A stretch of 63,947 nucleotides of DNA, the filler included, from Globobulimina sp. (lineage: Eukaryota): assembly GCA_003354225.1 (NCBI GenBank). It is 5 parts of 5 records of this genome, joined end to end, with 100 filler letters (N's around TTAATTAATTAA, not from the genome) between each part and the next. Parts side by side here need not be neighbours in the genome. Positions count along the whole stretch, not along the records: positions 1 to 13,719 come from PIVH01000008.1; positions 13,820 to 26,724 come from PIVH01000009.1; 3 more parts are not named here. One strand, given 5' to 3'. Below, in pieces: positions 10,138-22,051 of the stretch. The notes beneath the pieces were generated by a model. The model made no database searches. It was not told where the DNA came from and saw only the letters and a list, made by a program, of their open reading frames with translations. Position 1 is the stretch's first letter. The number at the start of each line of letters is the position of its first letter. The position numbers and the translations under genes are program-made.

Positions 10138-11511
10138 ATGGAAATAAATATAGAACAAATAAAAGAGACTATTGCCCTCGGAGAGTCAGAGAGCGTTGAA
10201 TTTAAAACTTCATTTAACGATGAAGGACTAGAAACAATAGGGGCTTTCTCCAATGCAAATGGAGGTAAACTTATAGTTGGGGTAAATGACTTTGGCATAC
10301 CAAATGGCCTCCAGTTAGGAAAGAAAACTATAGAAGATATTGCTAATAGAATTCAGGCTGTTACTGATCCTAGACTTCAACCATCCATTAAAAATTGTCA
10401 GCTTGAAGACAATGTCATTATTATCATTCAAGTATCTCAGAACTCGGGTATACCGGTTAGCGTACGAGGCCGCTACTTTAAGCGAGTTGGTAAAACAAAC
10501 CAGAGGATGTCCCATGATGAAATTATGCAACGCCTAATTTTAGGCACAGGTAAAAGCTGGGATCTTTATTCTGTAACCAATTCTACTTTAAGCGATATTA
10601 ATTTAGATCTCTTGGATAATTTTATACATTCAAGTAATAAATTAGGGCGCAAGAATATTCCTGAATTTACCCCAAAGGATAGCTTGTTAAGAAAGCTGGA
10701 TCTTATTAGAGATGGAAATCTATCTAGAGCCGCATTACTTCTTTTTGGAACTAACATTTCTGCTAATTTCCCCTCAGCTTTTGTCAAAGTAGGGAAATTT
10801 CGTTCACTTACTACTATAGTTGATGATCGTGAGTTTTCTGGATCATTGATACAGCAACTAGATAATATAATGATATGGTTTAAAGATCGTTTAACTACTG
10901 AATTTATTATTACTGGAACACCTAAAAGAGAGGTACGCTGGGAGTATCCTCTAAGTGCTATACGAGAAGCTGTAATTAATATGCTCTGTCATAGAGATTA
11001 TTCTGATGGCGCTCACAGTCAAATTAGGCTTTATGATGATAGACTAGAGTTTTGGAACTCAGGCTCTCTCCCTTCCTCCCTTACGCCAGAATCTCTGCTT
11101 GCAGAGCATGATTCTATTCCTAGAAATCCTAAAATTGCCGATGTTTTTTTCTATATGGGATTAATTGAGAGATGGGGAAGTGGAACTGTCAGAATATCTG
11201 AAGAGCTTAAAAAAGCTGGATTACCAGAACCAGAATTTATATCTGAGTTTGGTAAATTTAAACTGATTTTTTATAAACAGGCACTATACAACAAACAATT
11301 AGAGAAATATGATTTATCTGCAAGGCAACTAAAGGCCATTGAATACGTGAAGATACAAGGCACTATTTCTAATGCTGAATATCAAAAAATCACGGGGATT
11401 TCCAAGAGTACAGCATCTAAGGAATTGAGCGAATTACTTGTTAAAGAAATACTTGTTTCCACAGTTAGTGCATCTAGAGGCAGAGGAAAAGCATATAAAT
11501 TAAAGGAATAG
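10138..11511 (+). CDS. Schlafen/AlbA_2 domain + RecG-C-like (HATPase_c_4) + C-terminal HTH protein
   Basis: GESESVEFK...AFSNANGG.LIVGV; YPLSAIREAVINMLCHRDY; RNPKIA, ERWGSG; C-terminal wHTH. Confidence 0.88.
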   Translation: MEINIEQIKETIALGESESVEFKTSFNDEGLETIGAFSNANGGKLIVGVNDFGIPNGLQLGKKTIEDIANRIQAVTDPRLQPSIKNCQLEDNVIIIIQVSQNSGIPVSVRGRYFKRVGKTNQRMSHDEIMQRLILGTGKSWDLYSVTNSTLSDINLDLLDNFIHSSNKLGRKNIPEFTPKDSLLRKLDLIRDGNLSRAALLLFGTNISANFPSAFVKVGKFRSLTTIVDDREFSGSLIQQLDNIMIWFKDRLTTEFIITGTPKREVRWEYPLSAIREAVINMLCHRDYSDGAHSQIRLYDDRLEFWNSGSLPSSLTPESLLAEHDSIPRNPKIADVFFYMGLIERWGSGTVRISEELKKAGLPEPEFISEFGKFKLIFYKQALYNKQLEKYDLSARQLKAIEYVKIQGTISNAEYQKITGISKSTASKELSELLVKEILVSTVSASRGRGKAYKLKE

Positions 11512-11553
11512 TTAATTGGGTTAATTGGCTCATAATTGGCTCATAATTGGCTT
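11512..11553 (+). repeat. Short tandem TAATTGG(CTCA) repeats
   Basis: Four TAATTGG units immediately after the stop codon. Confidence 0.7.
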
Positions 11554-11663
11554 GTATGACCGTAATTCATTGTTTTTAATGTAGTTTATCATTATTATAG
11601 ATTCTGACTATCAGAGTAATATTGACCAAATTTTAAAAAATTTAATAAACAAGGAACAATGTT

Positions 11664-11999
11664 ATGTATGTAATTAAATGGGTTATAACTCTAGCGATAT
11701 TCATTTTATTGTTAAATGTGAGTATTTATAAACTAATTAGCAATTATAATTTAAATAAAACAAATCAGGTTACTCCAGAAGCCACAATAATGACTAAAGA
11801 TATTAATTTAGACATAGATTCTTATATGGCATTTAAAAGCTCTAATAAAACAAATTCTGTTGGTACTGTTAGCAATGGTTTATTAGAATACTTAAACTCG
11901 GTATGGACACTTTTATCTATAATTGCCACTGCATTTATTCATGCAATTATAACTAGACTTATTAATAATATATTTGACAGGAAGAATAAAAAAACCTAA
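11664..11999 (+). CDS. Hypothetical small membrane protein
   Basis: AAGGA RBS, two hydrophobic segments. Confidence 0.55.
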   Translation: MYVIKWVITLAIFILLLNVSIYKLISNYNLNKTNQVTPEATIMTKDINLDIDSYMAFKSSNKTNSVGTVSNGLLEYLNSVWTLLSIIATAFIHAIITRLINNIFDRKNKKT

Positions 12000-12623
12000 A
12001 TTATTCGTATTAATTAACAATAATTATACTAAGAGAACGTGTTTCCTTATTTATATAAATAGTTTATTTTTTAAAGCTAATGTTTCAAGATCATAGAGAT
12101 ACCATTAAGCTCTAGTTCTAAACTTCCAGATAATTAGCTGCCCATAGCATTTCTTTTGCTTGCTAAAAGCAAGACTATATTTTAGCATTGATTCTTGATG
12201 CTACCAGTTAAATACCTATTAGCATCGGCGGTATTATTCCGCATTATAGGCGTGAAGCGCAGCTACTGAAATAGCTACACTCCACTGAACACAACTGACT
12301 AAACTAAGAGAGTCAATTATGTCTAAGATAATTTTACATAAATACGCATTTAAAGTCTTTGCTGATTTGAATAATTTGTTGAATTAATTTACTTAATTTT
12401 AAACAGAGAGATTCAAAATGGCACAGATACATCTGCGTTCCTTGTTTGCTCATATTTCAGAGCAAGAATATCTATTGGATAACAATAAATCATCCATGAA
12501 AAGCCCATTGTCTTCTATTGAAGGCAATAAGGCTTGTTGTCGCTTAGATATCAAGGTATTGAAAAATTATCTCCATAATGCGGAATTTTACCTTTTTATA
12601 ATCATCATAAAAAGGAGTTCACC

Positions 12624-13397
12624 ATGTCACTTAAAGAAGATTGGAACAGAGGGACAAAATTTGAGAATCATTTTAATAAACTAGCTAGAAAAGCATATCC
12701 ATTACTAGGAGAGCTAAGAAGGATAGCCATTTATGAGCTTGATAGCTCTGGACATGCCTTCTATGCGTCAAATAGACCAGATGTAGCAGAAGAGGCTCTG
12801 GACAAGAAATATTTCTTATATCAGTCTAATTGGCAATATTTAAATGAATTTAAACCTAAGATACAAACCTTCTCAACCCAGTTTGGTCATGAAGATTCAA
12901 AAATATATCAAAATAAGTTTAAATGTACTTCTGTCTATATCAGAGAACAAACTGACAAAAATACCCAATTAATAACTTTATTCAATTCAACTAACCCATT
13001 AACAATTATTGATGCTCTAGCAAATAATACAGTGTCCGTTAAAAAGCTTCTTCAATTTTTTAAAGACGAAAGTAAAGATATTATCAATTATCACAAAGAT
13101 CATAAATACAACATAGCAGCTAAAAGACCAGGATATTTTGCAAAAGAAGATAACCCATGTATCACAGAAAGAGACAAAATAAATTATTTACTCCATACCA
13201 TTGGTATATTAGACAAAGATAAAATATTAACTGAACGAGAATTTCAATGTTTACAATTGCATAGTTTAGGCAAATCAGCTAATCAGACTGGCAAAATACT
13301 TGGAATATCTAGAAGAACAGTCGAGACTTACTTTGTTAATTTAAAAAATAAATTGAAAGTTGATACTAAATCTAAATTAATTGAGGCTATAAATTAA
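12624..13397 (+). CDS. LuxR-family C-terminal HTH transcriptional regulator
   Basis: AAGGAG RBS; C-terminal LTEREFQCL...GKSANQTGKILGISRRTVETY...KNKL. Confidence 0.85.
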   Translation: MSLKEDWNRGTKFENHFNKLARKAYPLLGELRRIAIYELDSSGHAFYASNRPDVAEEALDKKYFLYQSNWQYLNEFKPKIQTFSTQFGHEDSKIYQNKFKCTSVYIREQTDKNTQLITLFNSTNPLTIIDALANNTVSVKKLLQFFKDESKDIINYHKDHKYNIAAKRPGYFAKEDNPCITERDKINYLLHTIGILDKDKILTEREFQCLQLHSLGKSANQTGKILGISRRTVETYFVNLKNKLKVDTKSKLIEAIN

Positions 13398-13581
13398 TTC
13401 TAAACATTGTTAAGCAAGAGTTGCTGATGGTTAATAGATGATAGGGTGTCGGTAATAACTAATGAAGCTAAGTAAAACTAGATGAAGCCATTGCTTTGAT
13501 TATGCTCAATAGTTAAATAATTATTGAATAGGTTAGAATATTTGTATAAATTTCATGCTTTGAATTAAATGTTAAGGGTTT

Positions 13582-13719
13582 ATGTTTTATAGAATAGGGA
13601 TATTCATCTTCCTGTTGATATCGGTAATAACTAATATTGCATTAGCAGAAGAATATTCAAAGTACTCAGCGAACATCGATTACACGCTTAAAGCAGGAAA
13701 TAGACGAGATATATCAAGG
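13582..13719 (+). CDS. Secreted/outer-membrane protein, N-terminal fragment (cut by contig end)
   Basis: Signal peptide ending ALA-EE. Confidence 0.5.
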
Positions 13720-13819
13720 NNNNNNNNNNNNNNNNNNNNNNNNNNNNNNNNNNNNNNNNNNNNTTAATTAATTAANNNNNNNNNNNNNNNNNNNNNNNNN
13801 NNNNNNNNNNNNNNNNNNN
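13720..13819. other. Artificial contig linker
   Basis: N-run + TTAATTAATTAA + N-run, 100 nt. Confidence 0.99.
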
Positions 13820-13938
13820 AAAACATGGTTTACATTTGAATCTAAAAGGATGAGATTCCATCATTTCATTATACGTAATGTTTCCATTGTCTTTCTTTGA
13901 TTCAAACAGTTTGTTACATTAATTAATTTCTTCGCAAT
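13820..13938 (+). repeat. 119-bp terminal direct repeat (copy 1)
   Basis: Identical to 26606-26724. Confidence 0.95.
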
Positions 13939-13998
13939 ATTATGCGCAAGGATCAGAGTCATCGGATTTTGTTAGGATAAGATTGTATGATTGGATAT
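13936..13998 (+). repeat. 63-bp sequence, exact inverted copy at 25675-25737 and partial direct copy at 14036-14077
   Basis: Base-by-base reverse-complement match. Confidence 0.9.
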
Positions 13999-15708
13999 GG
14001 ATGGATATGGATGGAAATAGACATGGCATCATTGAAGTCATCGGATTTTGTTAGGATAAGATTGTATGATTGGATATCAGTCGCACTGAAGAAGCAAAAA
14101 TAAAAATATGCTAGTGTACGTGGGTGAGCTATTTTGCTGCCCGTGCGTGAGACTGAGAGTGGCCTTGGGCCAGTTTGTTGAGAATTGTGTGATTTTGTTT
14201 TGATTTTCATCATATTTTATGAAACAAATGGAATGTTGTTTTCTCAATGAAGAGTTTCTGACATATATTTCTGTGCTATTGTGCGCTTATTTCTATTATA
14301 TCAAGCGAATGCTTGTTTCATCAATATGGTCATGGGATTAAAATTTAGTGAGTGCATGATACCCAATCAATTGATCACATCCCAAAAATATTATTCTCAA
14401 TATAAACACAAAAGCAGAAGTTTGTCATGTTGTCAAAATATTGGATAAACATAGAAGAAAAAGTTGTTTGGAAAAACATATGGCAGCATTTCCATTGTCC
14501 TTCAAATGATGAAATGCAGAGGCAGTGTATTCATTGTAATTGTTCCAATATTTTCCTGGTTTAGGTTTGCATTGATTTCTGTGACAAATGTCGAGGCTGT
14601 GTCATGCGTTCTGTGATGCTCTGCTCGCTCTCCGCATCATTCGTTGCCCATTGCATCTCTCAATATTTGTCGCAATAAAACCGAACAAATTATTCCGAAT
14701 TACAAAAACCATCCATATAATGATTTTCGGTTTTCGGATATAAAACATCGCAGTCAATAGCTTCGATCCTATCTTCGATACTTTTGTGTTGGTCTATTTC
14801 AAGTCATAGACACAGAAATTAAAAATATGCAACCAAACGGCCTGGTGTACGATCAAACCTTTTCTGCATTTGATACATCACTGTCATAAGGGTATAAAGC
14901 GATGGCTGAACGTAGAAATTCAATGTCAATATCGGATATCTTTTTGCAATGAATAATCGATACTTTCAACATTTCCGTGATTTTTCTCTCGAATGGTATT
15001 TGGTTTGTCTTTTTGCGATAAAATTGAGGATGTGAAATAATATACGACTTCCACTGCTCAGCCATTATAAACACAGTCAAAAAACTAGAGTCAACTGAAA
15101 CATTAACATCATGTCTTTTCGTTTCAAAGCTTATAAATGACGATCAAAGATGTCATCCATTCCGATCAACGATATCTGATGGGATCAAATGAGCAATCGA
15201 CAAACAAAACAAATGCTCGCTACGCTGTGATTCAAGAATTATACCCTCATACCAATGTGTCTGGTTTATGTAAAGCATGTTTGGTTACATTACCTGAAGA
15301 TTGGTGAAAGATACATCCCAAAACCAGGAAAGATTGGCGATCGCAAAGTTGCTCGGGCAGTTCGGGTATGTACGTGTTTGAAAGTGCAGTTTTGTAGTTT
15401 TGCAGTTTACCATAAGTCGATAACGGATTTGTATGTGTTTGCTTGACTATAAATTAATCCGAATTACAAAAACCATCCATATGATGGTTTCTGTTTTTCG
15501 GAAAAAATATACTCGTAAATGTCGTGTTTCTAATCGGAAAAAATATACTCGTGATTATATCGTGTTTCTAATCGGTGCACAAATAATATTTATTCAATAA
15601 TACTCTCATTGTTTTGGGCATAATGTTCAATTCTATGCCATTATTAATTTGGTCGAAACAGAAATGGTTCGTCATTGATTTGCTCTTTTGTTATTCGATT
15701 ATTTTAAT

Positions 15709-15960
15709 CACTGCACCGGCAAGAAGGCAATCCACAGATTATATATACAACCCATGCACTGATGATACACATTTTTTGCACCACCTCCTACATTGGTGCA
15801 AAAAAAGTGATCATTTTTTTACAGAAAGACAGGCAATCTGTGTATACCTATCGATTGGTATGATTTTTACACATTGTGCCTGATATTCGTGGATAAAAGT
15901 GTGTCCAAACACAGACTAGTTTGAGGGAGATTTTTTTATGTGGATATTGCTGGTGCGGTG
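15709..15960. mobile_element. Possible MITE with CAC-terminated 14-bp TIRs
   Basis: CACTGCACCGGCAA vs revcomp of right end CACCGCACCAGCAA (12/14), plus shared subterminal ATCCACA; no TSD seen. Confidence 0.4.
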
Positions 15961-17530
15961 AGCTGAAAGTGAGCTGAAACAGACATTGAATATGACTGAC
16001 GCATTTTGTTTGAGAGATTTGAAAAAGAAAAAGAAAAAAAATTTAAATTGGATTTGTACTCAAACAAGAAAGAGTTATTCACAAAAAAAGATTCAAAAAT
16101 GGATTGTTTGAAGAAAATGTTCAATTCTGTGCCATTATTATCCAAACAGAAATGGTTCGCCATTGATTTGCTCTTTTGTTATTCGATCATTTTAATCATT
16201 TTGGCATTGTTTTCAATCTTTGATGGCTCCATTCTGGTGTGCAAAGCGAGTGTGATTATTTTATTGTTTTGCCCAAACTATATTTACCAAAGAAATGGCG
16301 ACGCATTTGTCAATCATAGCACAGTTTGGTTGATTTGGTATTGGTACGCACTGCGATTGTTTGACATTTTTGGTAATTCGCAATTTTTTAAAACCAAATC
16401 GTATTTGTTTTGTTGCATTCATTGCGGACTTATGCGGAATATGTTTAAAGCGTCAGTCATTCCTGCTTTTGTCAATGTCTACTCTTTAATTATGTCTGTT
16501 TTAAATCTCTTATTTTTGACGCAAATCCATCCTTACATATTTTGTACGATTGTCAGCATAGATTTGAAAACAGAGATATGTTTGACTGAGATATATCCAA
16601 ATATTTAATGGAAAATGATTGAAATCATATCGTATGCGTTTTCAATCTTGTATTGTATGGATTACAGCGGTGACTTTCTGTGTAATGCCATTGGATATAG
16701 TGTGTAAATTCAGAGTATTAAATCTGATTTTGACACAAGATCTGACTGCCATTGTGTGTGAAGTGAAATGTGCAGACTTCACAAAAAAACTTTTCAAACA
16801 CACCATCCTTTCTTTTTGAACTTTTTCCAAACCGCAACGGCAATCTATAGCCCAATCGCTTCCAAATATCCTTTCTTCTTTTCGATAATTTGTCAGCCAA
16901 CTATATCACAGACAATTATAAAACTGCTCCGAACGGATTAATATTTACTGCAAATGATCGACAGCAAATCGCACTCAAACACAAAGGCGATTGCACAAAC
17001 TACAAATTATTTAAAATCGGCAATAAACAAACAAACAAAACAACAAATGCCAAAGACATTTTATTACAATTGCCAAAAATGACAAAGACCACAGACCACA
17101 CAATATTGCAAACATACTGCGCATCCAAACCGCAAACAAATGTACCAAAATGACCAAATGTGGTTGTGAATTGCCATACGAATTCGTCAGAATATCCAAT
17201 CACAAAACAAACGCAACCAAAACCAGGCAAAATATGCATTCAAAATCACGACCATTGGCTGCGCTTCACTCGTCTCCAACGCACAACAGTCACAAACTCG
17301 TCATCTCAACGCACATTCCCAATACCAATGACAAATGTCACTGCAAATTCAAACACAAATTTCCAACTCAAAATCGCAAAATAAATCGAAACAAAACCAC
17401 GCATTCAAAGCAATTCTTTCAGATTAAATGCACTCATTGTCACACATACACAAAAGAAATCGCTCAATTCAAAGCCATTCAAAAACATACGCCATTCATC
17501 GAAAGTCTGAAAACCTTACTTCACTTCACT

Positions 17531-20500
17531 TCACATGACTTTCACAGTAGTGTCAGATTCTACAGAATCAACTGATTTGTACTCAATATTGGTGCTCATT
17601 CTCTCTATAAATTCAGTCACAACATACGACCCACTGGCAGTATTCATCTTAGATTGATAACCTTCGTTTGAGGAACTAAACACACAGAGTCGAAAGTCTG
17701 GATTCACCTCGTCTAACGGCCAAACAGCACTCTCTTGATGAACCATCTTTTTCATCGAAGCGTTTTTTTGCAACTCACTCTGCACTGATTTATTTTTATC
17801 ATTGCTTGTGACTTCTGCATATTCTGCTCCTTCGCTATGCCTCTGCCTCTCTTTGACGTCTTTGTCATACTGCCATTTCTTTTCCTCGTCTATCGTCAAT
17901 CGTGTTTCATAATCTTGCTCTTTGCCTCCAGCGCAGCAATCAAATAAAAATATTCTCTATTGAAAAAATCATGAAAATATGGTTTATAAATGCATGTGTG
18001 TTTTTCAGAGATATCGTACCGGAATTTTTCGGATTTTCCCACTCACGGCAAAAATACGGTGAATTTCACTCTTTGATACTTTCTTATAATCAGAAGTCAA
18101 TATATGATGCTCGATCCCATGACAGCTATCGTACTTTTTAATATTATTTTCCAAATCAGTCGCTTTTGCCCGTAAAAACTGTAATAATTCATGTTTTTCC
18201 CAGTTTGCCCTATGTGTATTCTTATTACTCTGATTATAATCTGGGAAAACATCATAATTTAATGTCTTTCCAAAGAACTCATTTGCATTTCGTATGTCTA
18301 ACCGAATGCCTTGATCTAAATCAGAAAGAAATCCATTGATCTCAGGTGATTTAGGCTCCTGATCGTAAAATCCTATCCCAATTCGAGCACGCATTACAAA
18401 CAATAAAACGATACAAATTATATACAAACTGAATTCAATGATCGCAACTATTCGTTTGGATATTCCACGAGAGACACTCACGTTAACATCATCAATTTGA
18501 TACACATCAAATGTAATCGGAATACCAAATAATTCTGATAATAATTTTGCTGAACTGTCAATAAATTGGCTGTCTTCATCAAACAAAGCATCAATTATAT
18601 TTTGATTGGTTTCAGCGGATTCAACAGTAACACTTGTTTCTATTTCTATAATATTTTGTTCCTCGTTTTTACAATCAATAAACATCAAATTATTTCGCAA
18701 TTGTGTTTCGGGTGGAATCTGAAAGAGTCAGAAACTGAAAATTCCAATACGTAATCGAATACGGCATCAATACTGGATAGTGAATCTTCAGTGTCGTTGA
18801 TAGTTCCAAAATATTCATTGCAAACCTCAAATGATTTGGTTGTATTTGTGACATTTTATTTGTAATTCTCTCAAATTAGCTGTTTTCACAGGTTTAATCG
18901 TTGCATGTGCACAGTCTCCAGACTGATAACACCCAATGAAACACACTTTAGCATGAGTATCATTGCACTCAATTCTGTCCTCAAAAAAATTTCTTGCGCC
19001 GTTAGCGATATAAGTATCTACTGTGATATTTGTATACGAATAATTTGTGGACGGCATTTGCTTTTCAAAATCAACTCTATCTTTACCATCAGTTGAATTA
19101 TAAGCAATCACGTAATCAACACACGCTGTCGGCGAACCACTTGGTGCATTGGATGGTGCAAACGATGGTGAATATGATGGTGCAAAAGTGGGCGCACCAC
19201 TTGGAGAATATGATGGTGCGAACGATGGTGAATATGTCGGTGCAAAAGTCGGTAGAGATGTGGGACCATTGGATGGTGCAAACGATGGGGAATATGTTGG
19301 TGCAAAACTCGGCGAAACACTTGGATTTGATGTGGTTGGGTTTGTGGTGGGATCAGAGGTTGGATCAACAGTTGGTGAAGAGGTGGGAACGTCTAATTTA
19401 GTCCAATAAATGTCTCCATTAACAATCGCATATATGCGTGATTCAATGTTCAATACACAAGTTGCATGATCCCATGCTGTATCAGTTGGAAGTGATGTGT
19501 CCATGTAAATAGTATCGTTATGAGTAACATCTAACAAATGCACTCCATCAAAATGCCCAGGGGCTACACCTATAATATAAACATTTTGATCTAATGCCAC
19601 TGGTCTTACATTGCCGAGAGGTGCAATTAATGTCGCAGAAATATATGACCATGCTTTAGATTGAATAATATTGATGTTTTCAACATTGATCATAGATACC
19701 AAGGTTTGGCCCACCAAATGCATATAAATAATCGTTTATAGTAATACATCCAAACCAAGAACGAATTTGGTTCATATCAGGTCCAACAATCCAGTTCTCT
19801 GCGTTAATATCAAATATTCTAAACCATGCTTGTTTATTAACATCTGTGCCAGATGACGACCCGCCCAAAACAAACAGATATTGTCCATCTTTAGAAATTG
19901 ATAAACATGCTCTCCATCCTGCTACACTTGCATTTGTCTGATATGCAGGGTATTCCAGTAACTGTGTAGTCATATCAAATTTACCAATCTGAAAATTTTC
20001 CAAATAATATATAATTTTATTATGTTGAACATGTCGAAGACCATGGCCAGTAAATGTTGCATTGAATGAATATTCTATTGTTTGATGATTGAACATATTG
20101 AGCTGCGTTATACTATTTGCACACACTAAGAATATATTATTGGTACTGCTTTCGTACCCACAAAGAGTTGATGGTGCAGACACATTCAGAGATTGCCAAT
20201 CTTTTAATGGATAATTTGGATTTGGTCTGTCAATCTCGGTATCATTAAAATATTTGTCTTTCAAATATCCTTCAACACATTCAATTTCAGATATGTTTAA
20301 TCTATCATTGAATACTATAATCTCAGCCAATGAAAAATCATTGTTTTCAGTTTGATTACTTCTCCCATTTATGCTCAATGTCCGTACATTATTTGATGTG
20401 GTCATATTCATAGTGAGGTAATCATTTTCATTTAAATACACAGAATTGGCGCGATATACACCATTTTGCTGAGTGGATAGCACCCATGAATTACGGAAAT

Positions 20501-21093
20501 ATTCTCTGTCATTCCAAGTGCAGTATTGCCTGAATCTGTGGAAAGTATCGCTTCTTTGCTCGTTCCACTGAATTGTGCGTATGTGGACAGCGAAAAGACG
20601 GTATAATTTATCGGATTAAAATCGAAAATGAATTGGATTTGGGTTTCTGCACTGCCAAACACTGCTTTGTTACCCAAACCGGTATACAATTCATGTGAGG
20701 TACTCAAGCCATCAAACACACCCATGCCAGAGTTGTTTACAATAAAATCGACAGTATGGCTTGGGTACAGGGCGCATCATTCCAAGTTAAATTGTGTGTA
20801 AGCCACAATTTCACGCAATCTCCAACGTTAGATGGCAGATTTTTGCCACATGGATACGCTGTAGTTGGGATATCATTATTAAATCCATAATCTGTGATTG
20901 TATTATCAGTCCATTTCCACACTCCTTCATTGTCGATGTCACTTAAACCAATCCAACACTCACTTGTTAGACCCATTGATTGACAGATTAATTTCGCAGA
21001 ATACTGTTGCTGGTCACTGTGAATTGAGGCTAAGTGAGTGCCTTTTGATTTACAGAATATGCTGCTGTCTGCCCACGTAAGCGTTAGCACCAA
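17531..21093 (-). pseudogene. Fragmented C-type lectin / LamG-like / Kelch / PT-stalk / TM / caspase-like (peptidase C14) gene
   Basis: CTLD (HLASIHS, CWIGLSD, WNDAPC); Kelch (LFVLGG, LYAFGG); FAPS/PT repeats; TM IVAIIEFSLYIICIVLLFV; caspase dyad CHG...FDCCAG restored by a 63-nt GT-AG intron 18019-17957; several frameshifts. Confidence 0.75.
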
Positions 21094-21149
21094 GTGAGTG
21101 CTACAAGAGAATTGAGGCTAAGTGAGTGCCTTTTGATTCACAGAATATG

Positions 21150-22051
21150 CACCGACATTGGCACCATCGTTAGCACCAAGTAATGCTCCATCAATTGCAC
21201 CTACACAGCCACCAACACTTGCACCATCATTAGCACCCTCAATTGCACCTTCATTAGCTCCATCAATTGCACAGACATTAGCTCCAAGTATTGCACCGAC
21301 AGGGTCACCGACACCCAAATGTCATTTTGGTAAATTTAAGAGACAGATGATTGTGACTGACAAAGTTTTCCCTTTTCGGAACAATGTGTTATACGGTGGA
21401 CAATCATTTGCTTCACAGAATTGTCGCTATTTATTGACAATGCACAGAAATGGTCGTAGGTTTCGTACTGTGTCTGATGAATCTGTCACGCAATTGAAGT
21501 TATTGGAAGGCGCTATGGTTATTTATGAAGTCTCATACAAAAATGCACCAGGAATTGCGGCGTATGAATTGTGGAGAAGTGAGGCTCAGTTCAACAATAC
21601 AGAATACTCTGATAAAGAGGAGTTAATCTTGAGGTTGCAAGATGATGGTTGTTTGCAGTTGAATACTTATTTACGAAATGTAGACAGGGAAGAAAACTTG
21701 TGGTATCAATGCTTTATATTCCATCCGCCTGGCTATGATATCACAACTACAGATACCGATATGACGACCACCATTGAAATTCCTGATTTGGGGATGGAAT
21801 CAACTGAAAGTACTGTGGTTTATGCTGTGGGTGGAGGGTATAATGAGAATAATATATTTGGTACACAAGGGTCATCATCGTGGATATGGTTTTTGATAAT
21901 ATTGGGTGTTTTATTGGTGATAATCTTCTCATTTTTTGTTGGTTATAAGTTTAAGAGATATCATCGTAGTGGGGCTGCAGATCGGTTTGTAATTTCAAGT
22001 ACGATGGGGGTGACGAGTACTAATTGGAAGAATAGAGAATGGAATGGTTAG
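21150..22051 (+). pseudogene. 5'-truncated type I membrane protein: APS/APT stalk, bulb(B)-lectin-like segment, TM
   Basis: LAPS repeats, SQNCRYLLTMHRNG and LRLQDDGCLQL motifs, TM WIWFLIILGVLLVIIFSFFVG; no ATG or signal peptide. Confidence 0.55.

Larger units (their letters stand above)
1..13719. mobile_element. Bacterial mobilizable plasmid contig (MOBQ relaxase, coupling protein, parAB, rep)
   Basis: Dense intronless ORFs with RBS and sigma70-like promoters; relaxase, oriT, partition and replication genes clustered; no mating-pair-formation genes seen. Confidence 0.85.

Noticed and set aside
12130-12684. Possible sRNA or toxin locus and the 88-aa ORF overlapping luxR
   Set aside because: Only short hairpins, no recognisable family or promoter-terminator pair
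13764-13775. TTAATTAATTAA palindrome, recurring four times
   Set aside because: Synthetic six-frame stop spacer inside N runs
13600-13950. Bacterial plasmid next to eukaryotic DNA as horizontal transfer
   Set aside because: Separated by an artificial linker; contigs appear ordered by length
14853-17575. Many 60-200 aa ORFs
   Set aside because: Low-complexity, overlapping and motif-free; look like degenerate repeat or pseudogene debris
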